A stretch of 64,000 bases of DNA from Mytilus trossulus (lineage: Eukaryota), in the NCBI RefSeq assembly GCF_036588685.1, contig NC_086378.1:66278001-66342000 (forward strand), read 5' to 3'. Made by a program: the position numbers and the translations under genes. This document shows, piece after piece, positions 36,697-50,821 of the stretch. The notes under the pieces are model-generated. The model was not told the origin of the DNA and ran no database searches. It saw nothing but the letters and a program-made list of their open reading frames with translations. How positions within the stretch are numbered: position 1 is the first letter of the stretch; each line of letters opens with the position of its first letter.

Positions 36697-36946
36697 AAAG
36701 AAAATTGGTACCGTTAATTTTATTACAACATCGAATCTCTTGGTTGACAACTATTTCAATTCCAATTGATTTTGAAGTCGTTTTCCTAGATAACCGGGCG
36801 TCATATCGTGGACTTGCACATCACATTCGAAGCTGTAGGAGCGTTTTATTGTACCTGCCAGTTTTTGGAATCAAGTCAGCACATCACCAATTGTTTAAAA
36901 CTAAGGTACTTCTTTAACCACTGACTTAGCTCAAGCACTAGTCTTA

Positions 36947-39900
36947 ACTGACAAGAGAAGTAAGGCACACAACTTCATGAACCGACATCAGTTCTGCTCA
37001 GGTAGGTCATTGACAAGAGAAATAAGGGTACACAACCGACATCAGTAGTGCTCGGGTAGGTCACTGACAAGAGAAGTAAGGGTACACAACCGACATCAGT
37101 ACTGCTCAGGTAGGTCACTGACAAGAGAAGTAAGCCGTACACAACCGACATCAGTACTGCTCGGGTAGGTCACTGACAAGAGAAGTAAGCCGTACACAAC
37201 CGACATCAGTACTGCTCGGGTAGGTCACTGACAAGGAAAGTAAGGGTACACAACCGACATCAGTACTGCTCGGGTAGGTCACTGACAAGAGAAGTAATGG
37301 TACATAACCGACATAAGTAATGCTTGGGTAGGTCACTGACAAGAGATGTAAGGGTACGCAACCGACATCAGTACTACTCGAGCAGGTCACGGACAAGAGA
37401 AGTAAGGGTACACAACCGACATCAGTACTGCTCAGGTAGGTCACTGACAAGAGAAGTAAGGGTACACAACCGACATCAGTACTGCTCGGGTAGGTCACTG
37501 ACAAGGTAAATAAGGGTACATAACCGACATCAGTAATGCTCGGGTAGGTCACTGACAAGAGAAGTAAGGGAACACAACCGACATCAGTACTGCTCATGTA
37601 GGTCACTGACAAGAGAAGTAAGGGTACACAACCGACATTAGTACTGCTCAGGTAGGTCACTGACAAGAGAAGTAAGGGTACACAACCGACATCAGTACTA
37701 CTTATGTAGGTCACTGACAAGAGAAGTAAGGGTACATAACTGACATCAGTACTGCTCAGGTAGGTCACTGACAAGAGAAGTAAGGGTACACAACCGACAT
37801 TAGTACTGCTCAGGTAGGTCACTGACAAGAGAAGTAAGGGTACACAACCGACATCAGTACTACTTGAGTAGGTCACTGACAAGAGAAGTAAGGGTACATA
37901 ACCGACATAAGTAATGCTCCGGTAGGTCACTGACAAGAGAAGTAAGGGTACACAACCGACATCAGTATTACTCGAGTAGGTCACTGACAAGAGAAGTAAG
38001 GGTACACAACCGACATCAGTACTGCTCAGGTAGGTCACTGACAAGAGAAGTAAGGGTACACAACCGACATCAGTACTGCTCGGGTATGTCACTGACAAGA
38101 GAAGTAAGGGTACACAACCGATATCAGTACTGCTCGGGTAGGTCACTGACAAGAGAAGTAAGGGTACATAACCGACATCAGTAATGCTCGGGTAGGTCAC
38201 TGACAAGAGAAGTAAGGGACCACAACCGACATCAGTACTGCTCAGAAAGGTCTCTGACAGGAGAAGTAAGGGTACACAACCGACATCAGTAATGCTCGGG
38301 TAGGTCACTGACAAGAGAAGTAAGGGACCACAACCGACATCAGTACTGCTCAGATAGGTCTCTGACAAGAGAAGTAAGGGTACACAACCGACATTAGTAC
38401 TGCTCAGGTAGGTCACTAACAAGAGAAGTAAGGGTACACAACCGACATCAGTAATATTAATGCTCGGGTAGGTCACTGACAAGAGAAGTAAGGGTACACA
38501 ATCGACATCAGTACTACTCAAGTAGGTCACTGACAAGAGAAGTAAGGGTACACTACCGACATCAGTAATGCTCGAGTAGGTCACTGACAAGAGAAGTAAG
38601 GGTACACTACCGACATCAGTACTGCTCGAGTAGGTCACTGACAAGAGAAGTAAGGGTACACAACCGACATCAGTACTACTCGGGTAGGTCACTGACAAGA
38701 AAAGTAAGGGTACACAACCGACATCAGTACTGCCCGGTTAGGTCACTGACAAGAGAAGTAAGGGTACACTACCGACATCAGTACTGCCCGGGTAGGTCAC
38801 TGACAAGAGAAGTAAGGGTACACAACCGACATCAGTACTGCTCAGGTAGGTCACTGACAAGAGAAGTAAGCCGTACACAACCGACATCAGTACTGCTCGG
38901 GTAGGTCACTGACAAGAGAAGTAAGCCGTACACAACCGACATCAGTACTGCTCGGGTAGGTCACTGACAAGGAAAGTAAGGGTACACAACCGACATCAGT
39001 ACTGCTCGGGTAGGTCACTGACAAGAGAAGTAATGGTACATAACCGACATAAGTAATGCTTGGGTAGGTCACTGACAAGAGAAGTAAGGGTACGCAACCG
39101 ACATCAGTACTACTCGAGCAGGTCACGGACAAGAGAAGTAAGGGTACACAACCGACATCAGTACTGCTCAGGTAGGTCACTGACAAGAGAAGTAAGGGTA
39201 CACAACCGACATCAGTACTGCTCGGGTAGGTCACTGACAAGGTAAATAAGGGTACATAACCGACATCAGTAATGCTCGGGTAGGTCACTGACAAGAGAAG
39301 TAAGGGAACACAACCGACATCAGTACTGCTCATGTAGGTCACTGACAAGAGAAGTAAGGGTACACAACCGACATTAGTACTGCTCAGGTAGGTCACTGAC
39401 AAGAGAAGTAAGGGTACACAACCGACATCAGTACTACTTGAGTAGGTCACTGACAAGAGAAGTAAGGGTACATAACTGACATCAGTACTGCTCAGGTAGG
39501 TCACTGACAAGAGAAGTAAGGGTACACAACCGACATTAGTACTGCTCAGGTAGGTCACTGACAAGAGAAGTAAGGGTACACAACCGACATCAGTACTACT
39601 TGAGTAGGTCACTGACAAGAGAAGTAAGGGTACACAACCGACATCAGTATTACTCGAGTAGGTCACTGACAAGAGAAGTAAGGGTACACAACCGACATCA
39701 GTACTGCTCAGGTAGGTCACTGACAAGAGAAGTAAGGGTACACAACCGACATCAGTACTGCTCGGGTAGGTCACTGACAAGAGAAGTAAGGGTACACAAC
39801 CGATATCAGTACTGCTCGGGTAGGTCACTGACAAGAGAAGTAAGGGTACATAACCGACATCAGTAATGCTCGGGTAGGTCACTGACAAGAGAAGTAAGGG

Positions 39901-41328
39901 ACCACAACCGACATCAGTACTGCTCAGATAGGTCTCTGACAAGAGAAGTAAGGGTACACAACCGACATCAGTAATGCTCGGGTAGGTCACTGACAAGAGA
40001 AGTAAGGGACCACAACCGACATCAGTACTGCTCAGATAGGTCTCTGACAAGAGAAGTAAGGGTACACAACCGACATTAGTACTGCTCAGGTAGGTCACTA
40101 ACAAGAGAAGTAAGGGTACACAACCGACATCAGTAATATTAATGCTCGGGTAGGTCACTGACAAGAGAAGTAAGGGTACACAATCGACATCAGTACTACT
40201 CAAGTAGGTCACTGACAAGAGAAGTAAGGGTACACTACCGACATCAGTAATGCTCGAGTAGGTCACTGACAAGAGAAGTAAGGGTACACTACCGACATCA
40301 GTACTGCTCGAGTAGGTCACTGACAAGAGAAGTAAGGGTACACAACCGACATCAGTACTACTCAGGTAGGTCACTGACAAGAAAAGTAAGGGTACACAAC
40401 CGACATCAGTACTGCCCGGTTAGGTCACTGACAAGAGAAGTAAGGGTACACTACCGACATCAGTACTGCCCGGGTAGGTCACTGACAAGAAAAGTAAGCC
40501 GTACACAACCGACATCAGTACTGCTCGGGTAGGTCACTGACAAGAGAAGTAAGGGTACACAACCGACATCAGTACTGCCCGGTTAGGTCACTGACAAGAG
40601 AAGTAAGGGTACACTACCGACATCAGTACTGCCCGGGTAGGTCACTGACAAGAAAAGTAAGCCGTACACAACCGACATCAGTACTGCTCAAGTAGGTCAC
40701 TGACAAGAGAAGTAAGGGTACACTACCGACATCAGTACTGCCCGGGTAGGTCACTGACAAGAGAAGTAAGGGTACACTACCGACATCAGTACTGCTCGAG
40801 TAGGTCACTGACAAGAGAAGTAAGGGTACACAAACGACATCAGTACTACTCGGGTAGGTCACTGACAAGAAAAGTAAGGGTACACAACCGACATCAGTAC
40901 TGCCCGGTTAGGTCACTGACAAGAGAAGTAAGGGTACACTACCGACATCAGTACTGCCCGGGTAGGTCACTGACAAGAAAAGTAAGCCGTACACAACCGA
41001 CATCAGTACTGCTCGGGTAGGTCACTGACAAGAGAAGTAAGGGTACACAACCGACATCAGTACTGCCCGGTTAGGTCACTGACAAGAGAAGTAAGGGTAC
41101 ACTACCGACATCAGTACTGCCCGGGTAGGTCACTGACAAGAAAAGTAAGCCGTACACAACCGACATCAGTACTGATCGGGTAGGTCACTGACAAGAGAAG
41201 TAAGGGTACACAACCGACATCAGTACTGATCGGGTAGGTAACTGACAAGAAAAGTAAGCCGTACACAACCGACATCAGTACTGCTCAGGTAGGTCACTGA
41301 CAAGAGAAGTAAGGGTACACAACCGACA
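36947..41328 (-). repeat. 54/55-bp tandem satellite array (~81 monomers), inverted relative to 1-5186
   Basis: Reverse complement of the same monomer, with an internal 1736-bp higher-order duplication. Confidence 0.98.
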
Positions 41329-44124
41329 ATCATAGACCAGAGGTCAACAAGTTAAAAAGAACTATGTGGGAAAGAAACGAACACCGTAGAAGATGAAATT
41401 TTGATTATTTCTTTTTATATTTTTAAAAGGTCATTCAAAGGGAATTAATTGTTTTTCTTAACAAGCAGGATTACGAATAACCGAAGTGCTTGTAAGCAAG
41501 TTACAATAACAAAAATACTGAACTCCGAGGAAAATTCTAAAAAACTAAAATCAGAATGAATTCAGCGAGATGTTACAACAGTTTAAACTTGGCAACGGAT
41601 ACATCGTCCCTATATGACGTGGCTGCGTACTTGTTCATTCCGCATAAAACCACCGTCTCACTTTGGTAAGGGTTTTATTGCCGGTCAGAAGAAAACATGC
41701 AGTGACCATTTTTCTATTTCTTAGTCACTCTTTGGCTTTAAATGAACGACTAATCATAAAAAGTATAAAAAGAAGATTAAAAGAGGCTCTATATAAGACC
41801 ATTTGTTGAATTAAGACAAACAATATCATTGGAACAAAATGAAACAAATAACAAAACAAAGCAAAACTCCAAATACTCAAGATTGAGTAACACGATACCT
41901 AACAGAAACTTGGGGTAAAACATGTTATTGCATAAGATTAAAATAGTCTGTTAGAGGTACACTTCTGTCGTCCACAGGTACAAATAAAACAACTTAAATG
42001 AAAAAAAACCCAGACACTCTTTATAAAAAGGGTTATAAGCTTGATATTATTTGTTCATTGATTATTGAATATTTTGTTCCAATATCTTAAATAGTCAACT
42101 CACAAACCGGAAACAAACTGACAACGACATGACAAAAAAAACTGCAAACGAAAAAGGACGATAAAACAAACAATAGTTCACACACAGACGAAACATGGAC
42201 ACTAAACAATTAGATACAAGAACTTCTCCAAAACCCAGGAGTTGTAAAATGCGCTCGTTGGCAGATCCAGAATTTTTATAACCTTTACGAAGATTTGATA
42301 AAAGCAGTTAGTTGTCATATCGTGTAAGAACCATTGGACTCAAAAAATACCTTTTTACAGAAGACCTCTTAAGAAAAAAAATCCTGTTTTCTACGATGTA
42401 AATATTATTGACAAATATTAAACACAAGCTTATGCGGCTATAACCTTGAAGGTAGCGAAGCAGCATAGTTTACATCGAATGATAGTAAGTAGTTGGTGTG
42501 TCTTATACCTGGCATCGTTTATTTATATCAAACGAAAGATGTCTAAAGTATCATCTATTTATTGATATAATGTACAAACCCTTTCATGCGTTATTATGAT
42601 CTCACAGTTCAACCTGTGTATTCCTAGTATATAACACCCTCCTTATATGTAAAAGTTCTATCACTTGCAATAGTCAGCGTTTGAAGAAAGATTCATAAGT
42701 CTGTCTACTATTCAATGCAATCTATGATATTTTATTGACCCTAAAACCACGAAACGGTAAAAATGTTAATGTTCTACATGTGCGTTTGCCCTGTCAGAAA
42801 TATTTGATACACTTTTCTATACATATTACAAACATGCAAAAATGGATAAATCCATAGATATTTTATAGCATGAAAGGTATATAATCTTGGTGGTTTTGTA
42901 TTAGAAATACATTTTTGTACGGAGCTTATTCTGTTCGCAATGAACTACTGTAGCCCTGACATTTGACCTATGACCAAGTGGTCTCGTTTTCACCACAAGA
43001 AGAAGAACTTACAAGAGATAGGTTTAAAACTGAATATAACTGAAAGACTTGTCCCAAAGTTTTGTTATATTTAAAGGTTCTGTTACTTTGACCTTTAATA
43101 TACTGATCTTTTCAAGAGCATCCTTCAGATAGGTTTGATGAAGTTTTGACATATTCTCCAAATAATGTCACTCGAGAAGCAAATTTTAACATCTTGAAAT
43201 TAAAAAATTGCCAAACATTTAAGTCTTCCAATAGCTGCTGTGACCTTGACCTTATTGACATTAAAATCCAAAGTTTTTCAAGCTATATAAAAGTATCAGG
43301 ACAAAGGGATATAATGATTAAGAATAGCTTAGGATCAAAATCATTTATATAACAATTTAACGGCACAAATAACCAAATAAATAAATGATTTGAATTCAAT
43401 GACGAACCAGGATCAAAGAGTGAACGATAAGCAGTCAGAACCTAGTATTTTTAAAATCTTTTTTATCTGATGTGATCTTCCTGTACATTGTTGTAACTAC
43501 CAAATTTTATATTTGACTTTTCAAACATTTCATTCCTAGCTCCGGATAATTGTAATTACAGAAACATGTGTATAGCCCAATGAAATCGTTGAAAAATACT
43601 TGTGTTCCAATATATAAACACTAACATAATGTATTATTGATAATGGCTTTTTGAGAGATTCCATGCAATTACAAATCCCCCCCTTCATTATTGTATCACA
43701 AAAGGGTTAATATTGCATGAATACTTAATTGGTGAATATTGACCCGAGTATATTTTTATATTTCCAGTGCTATATATCATGTATCCTAGGAACTTCAAGG
43801 ATAGATGTATTTGTCATCACTATTCATGCAATAACCAATGTATTTATTAATAGCTGAGTTATAAAAAAAAGTTTAATAATATTTGTGTCGTTGATCACAT
43901 CCTTAATTTGAAGCTTTATTTGTATCGGTGCAAAATGATTCGCTATTCCACGCTTAATTATCTTTCATTCTGTATAACATATGTTGTTGCTATACCATAA
44001 AACTAAGAATGAACCGATGATTGTAAACAACACATAACTTACAAGTTGGCTAACAGAATAAACAAATACGTTGACAGGAAACGATCATTTTTATTAGAAC
44101 TATTCTTTCTTAAGGTATAAATGG

Positions 44125-46774
44125 TCATTTGGGACTCTGGGTCGCTTGCAGCCACCAACAATAGGTTCTCCTACATTCACAACACTGAGGAAGGCGGACG
44201 TAGTATGGATACCAGTATTTCGGTTTTAGATGTGGACAAAACATGTATAGTTTCAGTGACAAGAAGTTGGCAGGATAACAGAAAGATGGGGACCACAGCA
44301 TAGAACATGGCAAATTGCTGCAGCGTTGTTTGCTGAAAAATAGATGAACATAATATGGTTAATTTGGAGATATACCGGGAAACTGATATGCCTGTCCCTT
44401 CTTTTTCTCTTTTTACTAGCATAAAGGCTATGTTGTTTGAAAACGACAATTAAAAATTATCTGTATGATATGTTTCATAAAGTCCGTAATAAGAATTGAG
44501 AAACGTTACTAAATTATACATGTACATACAAATATCAACATACATGACATCACGTGCTTCCAAGACAACGTCACAACAATGCATAGAAAAAAATCAGATT
44601 TAACTCGTAATTTTATTTTTGTAGTATAAAATTGCAAATATAAGGATCGAATGCTTCTTTTTAATATTTGACAGGATTTAATCATGCACGTGCATGGCAG
44701 CCGATCTTGAAATATACCACTACAATTCCTATCGCATCAGTAAATTGTAATAAATTCTCATACTATAAAATTGAAGTGCGTGTCATTGAGATTTGGATCC
44801 TACTTTTATAGTGATTCTTCAATAAAATTACGAACAGCAAAATAAGAATATTATAACATTAACAAAATAAATAACTTACTGTCCACAGTTTACATAGGTT
44901 ATTTGGCTTTTCACATAATACCAATGGAAATAACAACCACCGTTCTTTATCCATATTTTTGGAGGCACTTTCAATATTGAATATGTCTTGTAACACAATG
45001 GAATTCCAAGATCAACTCTATATTAAAAACGAAATAAGTATTTTAGTGAAGTTTTAACCAGCTGATACATAGACACTAGTTGAAGTATTTATTTAACTGT
45101 ACATAGTTCAACTTAGACAGTCACTATAATTACCAAACGGACGGAACAATCTATACATTTTCGTGAATGCTTTATTAGAAATCTCATAATATATTTCGAA
45201 AAATATAATAATATGAGCATCAGAAGACGCGATGTACACGCCAATGAGAACAGATGATTTGAAATCGAAAACGTTCACAAGAAAACAACGTGATACAAAT
45301 TATTATACATGTTATATATAGAATATTTCAAAACACATTAAGGACGTCATATTACTGATCTAAAAATTTCCCATGTATTCGTTTTAATTTTTTATAAATT
45401 TAAATTGAATTGAATTAAATTTACAAAATACAAACGTTGGTGAGCTTATTTACGAACTTGAATTTAATTCTCTCTTCCAAGCCATTATTTGTATTTGTTC
45501 ACAACATTCAATATATATTCAGCTTTTCGAGCCTCGCCTTCTGTCGAATTTTGCCATGTACATACAGTACTAGGATTTGATTTAGTTTTCAAATTTACTT
45601 ACGGAGAAACAGGAGGTTTTGTCAAGTGAGCAATTGCTAATTTCGCAGCCTCGACTTCAGCTTTTATCTCTGGATCTTTGTCTAATGTTGCTTGCATTTT
45701 TTCAACCCTGGAACAATAATTAATCAATTAAAGTGTAATTTATACATCACATGCGAATTGTTGTTAGTGAAAACAATGCATTCTCCAAATACTGCATACT
45801 TAATATATTAAAACCACACCAATCAAACGAGCCATATTACCAAAACGAATCTTTGTTTTTATCTTTTATGCCCAACTATTTTCGATAGTTGTTTTCTGTA
45901 TTTTATTGTATCCAGCTGCTTTTATTTGTCATTTCCAATTTCAGATAACTTAATTTGAAAATCATCCTTCCCCCTTCAAAATATGAATCGACTTTCATTG
46001 ATGTGAAATACTTACGGACAATGGTCATCCTCGCCAGTCATGACACCAGCAAACGGCTCTCTAAAACAGTCTCCATCATTTGGATCACACTGATCCTCTT
46101 GTGCATAGCAAGATAAAGCCGCCAACACTAAAAGCTAGTAAAGAAAATAAAAGATTTTCACATTTTGTAAAAAAGAAAAAACAGGTTAAAAACAATGTGT
46201 ATTCCTTGAAAAATTTCTAACAACAGATTAAATAAAAGATTAAGCAAAAAAAACAAAAAAAATAAAACCATGCAGTCAACATTAATAAAACACCTAAACA
46301 AATATTTACTTTAAAAGACGCTAAAATATGCCTTGCTTGTTGTACGATTTTAAAGCGATCCCTTAAAACGCTATTTATTTTTAGTTCTTGTTTAATTTTG
46401 AAGTGTTCACTGAAATGCTACGTGTTGTTGTTGGTTTTTTTTTGTCTTTGCTTTCATTTTTTTTGCGGGGAAGTAGGGTGGTATGTTGTACTGTCCATTG
46501 GCTATTGAGGTTCCGTAGTTTCTGTTACCCCTTTTTATTACACAATAGTTATCAAAGGTACCAGGATTACAAGACTCTTAAAAATCGGAACAAAAGCGTA
46601 AGGGTTTTGAAAGTAATCTAGCTTTATAAAGATTGAAATAAGTCACAAGACACATTAACTTAATTTTCAAAAGCCAAAAACAGTATCTTTGCGAAATTTC
46701 TTTATTTGTTTTGGAATACAAACATAGAATTCCTATGTAACTTGAAAAATATTGCTTACCAGAATATAATGCAT
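44125..46774 (-). CDS. Secreted Spaetzle-like cystine-knot protein, type B, copy 3 (194 aa)
   Basis: Exons 46774-46760, 46134-46016, 45707-45603, 45017-44880, 44332-44125. Intact; ends WWLQATQSPK* (GGA>TGA). Confidence 0.88.
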
Positions 46775-49700
46775 AGTTGTTAACTTGAATACATCAAAAT
46801 CCAACAACTTCTAGTTATGTTGTTAGAAAACTCAACCACGTATTGAGTAGGCGTATACCGTTTGAATAAGTATTCTTGATACTCACTCCCCTTGTGTTGG
46901 AAACAGTCGTGATTTCACGTGGCTTTACAAGATCATCAGAAGAAATTTTCACAGACCAATTTCGCTACGTTTAGACACGCCTCTTTAAAATCAATCCTAT
47001 ACTTGGTGTACTTTTCCTTTTACATATTTAATATATGCGAAGCTGTGAACGATGTGACGCTTGTCTCTATTAATATCTTAATTTTTAATAAGTAAACAGA
47101 TTGTGATGTCGCAGATTGTTAATTTTCTGCAATCATCAAGTTTTCTGTTTTCGTTAATGTCAGCTAGTACATGTAGAAATAATTTATAGCATAATATTTA
47201 TCTACCATCCTCCAGACCTTTTGTTATATTTTGCTTGTTTAGAAAGGGGGATATTGCAAATTTAAGGGATAACTTCTTTAACTTTTAAAAGTTACTTTCA
47301 TAGTTTCCTTGCTTTCATTGAAAACTAAAAGCCGAACTGACTGGTGATGATTAATAACTTGCTCCCTTTACTTAGGAGTCATCCCTTGAAACTATATATA
47401 TTCAAACAGAACACTTTTCTTTCAAACATGCTTGTTAAACAAGCATTTCTGAAAGAAAAGTGTTTTGTTTGAATTGAATTTAGTTATCAATTAACATTTT
47501 GGCTTTTATGCTCATTATCAATTATATTCATCTGTTGCTACGCGTGCTTATTATTTCCGCGGCATCGCCTCGCGAAAATTTATTTCCGCTTTAGTACATA
47601 TTTTTTGTTGCAGACTATTCATTTTTATCCTGTCTTATGCAAGGTAATTCGTTAGAAGCTCTTATCAGACCAGGTCATTTACTCCCCCCTCTTATTTATT
47701 ACTATAACATTGTACAACAAAAGACATACTTTGAAGGTCGACATCTACATGAAAGGAATATGACTTTTAAATTGTAATTATAGTTCAGTGATGAAAAAAC
47801 ACAATAATAATAATAATAATAATAAAAAAATATATATAAAACTTGTTGAATTTGCAGGTAATGAAAGATTAATACGAAAAAAAACCAAGTTGACATTTGA
47901 CCTTTAACTATATTGGAATTCTGTTATTAAAGAGGAATCAGATACAGAAAAAAGAAGGATCTGTTCTTGTCATACTTTGTCAAAATAATATGCACACTTT
48001 AAAAAAAAATGATTTCAATTTACCAATTGTGAGCTTTACATACTTATGAAGAAATATTCCACCTGCACCTCAAAATGGGGTAGACACCTTAACATACAGA
48101 TTCTGTGTGTAATGGTCGCTTAATTTAACCATTTATTCCAGTTGATACCTCCTATTTCCTCAGATCTCCGAATGTGTTTCATATTAGAATTTTATTGTTA
48201 AGGTCTAAGGTAATTTACTAAATTGTTTCTATAACGAAGTTAAAATCATGTTTTCAAAGATTTAACAGACATGCTAGATATCCTTTTCTGTAATTTGGAA
48301 GTATCATTATATATTTATAACTCTGATGCTATAGATATAATTAAAATTTTCGAATGTAGAAAGAATAGGAAATATAACAAACGCAATCATAACTTAATAA
48401 AAACATATGGACAAGACATGGCAATAGATATTTTCCGTTCGAACAAAACCGTCCTCTGTTCTTCTATTAGAGTTATCGGCAGACACAACTTGTTAATGGC
48501 AGTGTACTTGCTATAAGCATCACCATGCATGGGGCCCATACGTTCCGAATTGAGTTTGGTTAATACCTCTCAGTCTGTAAAAGAGGGGCGAAATATACAA
48601 GAGGGACAGTCAAACTCATAGATTGAAAATATACAATGACATGGCAAAAACAAACAAAAAAACCAAACAGACAAATAATACTACAGAAAACACAACAATC
48701 ATATAAAACTAAAGACTAAGCAACACGAACCCCATCAAAAACTAGGGGTGATCTCCGGTTTCATGTGGCAAGTTTTGTGCAGTTTTTGTTTGTCTTTTTG
48801 TTTATCTTTTGTTTATTAAATACTGGTCATTTTTTGTTCCTCTTCGGTTTATGAGTGCTAATGTGACATACCTATTGTATCTTCCAACGTTTTAAAATAT
48901 TTCTAGAACGAATTGTTAATTAAAAATATCTTATCATTCCATTTTAAGGTAAAATATCAAAAACATTTAGTTGTTGGTGAATTTAAAAAATCCAACCTTC
49001 TGCACTTGTATGCTTACAACTGAGTATATCTTCGTAACTTCTAAGCTTACTATTTAAAAAGAGCAAACGTTAAAAGAAACAACGTTTACAAACATATTCT
49101 GAATTACAAAATCCGCCGGGGGGGGGGGGGGGTAGGTGGTTTGGGGGGTAGGTGGTTTTTAGGTTGTTTTTTTTCGATATAACTGAAACTACTATAACAC
49201 AAAAGTCTCAGAATATACATATAAAAAAAACCTCCAATACAACTGTTTTCAACGGTACTATACAATATGTCGATACATTTGTACCATTTAGTTTGGTATT
49301 TCACAAGGTCGTGTTTTGCCCTGAATGTTTATGACGTGTTTATTATAAATTCATCAGTAGTTGAACTTTGTTGATTGATACTTGTACAAGTTTTTTTTAA
49401 AGTTGTTATTGGCTTTGAACTAGGTGTAAGTAATAGTGAATACTTTTAGATCTGTACTTTGTGTTTTGTTTGTTGTTGGGTATGTATAAATATCGTCTAC
49501 GTCCGATTTGTTTTTTGTGATGTTTTTCTTCTTTGTATTGATCTGATGAGTTAAGCCCTTTTAGATTAAGTTTGAAAGTTTGTTCTTTATTATGTTGTGA
49601 TGTAACCCCACTGTTTAAAATACTATATTGAATATCCCAGTGCATCAAAAATGAAAGGACTACTATCATTGGTTAATATAAATGTACTTAAAAATGTTCC

Positions 49701-50821
49701 TTTATTCGTTTCAAAGTTAACGAAAATATCATATAGTAAAGTAATTAATAATATAGTTCATTTCTAAGTTGTTTTATTACTTATTTCACTATGATTGTAT
49801 GTGATTGTATTTTGTATGTATTTACCTCTTGTTTCAAATGTCAATGTGACGAAGTGTTGATATTGTTTTGTCTCAGGTTAAAGGAGGGTGAAGCGATCAC
49901 AAAACCTGTTCAACACCAACTCATTCGTTTATATGCCAAATACAAGTATGGAGCCTTTAGTTCACTGGTTGTCGTGGCTTTATATCAGCCATAGTTGATT
50001 TTCGTAACCATTTTGTTGTAAATTATGCTGTTAGTCTTCACAATGCAATTGTTTTCAAAATATTTGGATAACTTTGGCACATCTTGTAATGCTAGGTTAA
50101 TTGTTGGTTGATTGAATATGTCGTCATGTGTAGTACATGTACGATCGGCATGACCATCTTTATTTTGCTTGCTGATTTTAGTAGTTCGATTATGGATTAA
50201 GAGTATGCAACATTGAAAAAAAGAGCAGAAAAAAAAATAAAAAAATAAAAACTTATAAATTGAAAACACACGGACCAAGCCATTGCCAAAAAATAGTCAC
50301 AACCTAAAACAACTGAAGGCGTAGCAAGCCGAACTCCATCAATAATTTTAGTTATCTCAATTGGTGCTCCCGAAGAGTTAGAAGATTATGCTCCACATAT
50401 AGCACCCGAAATATTGTACTTCAAAAGCCAAATTCATGATGTCACAATTGAGTGAAAGAGGATTGTGGCTTCGATAATTAAAACTTATCTGTTATCATAA
50501 CAGATGACAAAACAGGCGCGCTATATAATCTCTATTGTAACTGTATATATTTTTATGCTGACTTTGTTACTTTACTATTTGATTTTTGCTAGATGCACTG
50601 TTGAAAGGCATACAGTGACCTGTTTTTGTTAAGATTCTTTTCCTTCGGTCTTTAAACGGATAGTTGTTTCAGTGGGAGTCATACAACAATTCCGAATCAA
50701 TATATTAAGATAGTGGAATATATCCTTTTTTAAGGTATTAAGAAATAATAAGACGATTTTAAAATGTTTAAATTTTATTTTCATTAATTTTTCATGAAAA
50801 CTGGTTTTCGCTCTCACATCT

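Larger units (their letters stand above)
22168..41328 (-). repeat. Right arm of large inverted segmental duplication
   Basis: Reverse complement of 1-19318 with arm-specific insertions. Confidence 0.93.

Noticed and set aside
37151-40380. 515-aa and 497-aa ORFs (and 3962-5202) of VPLLLLSVTYPSSTDVGC repeats
   Set aside because: These arise because the 54-bp monomer is a multiple of 3. 55-bp monomers shift the frame freely, an opposite-strand frame is also open, starts are non-ATG or internal, and there is no non-repetitive coding flank.
49540-49575. CTGATGAG as a fourth hammerhead
   Set aside because: No stem II followed by GAAA, and no stem III.
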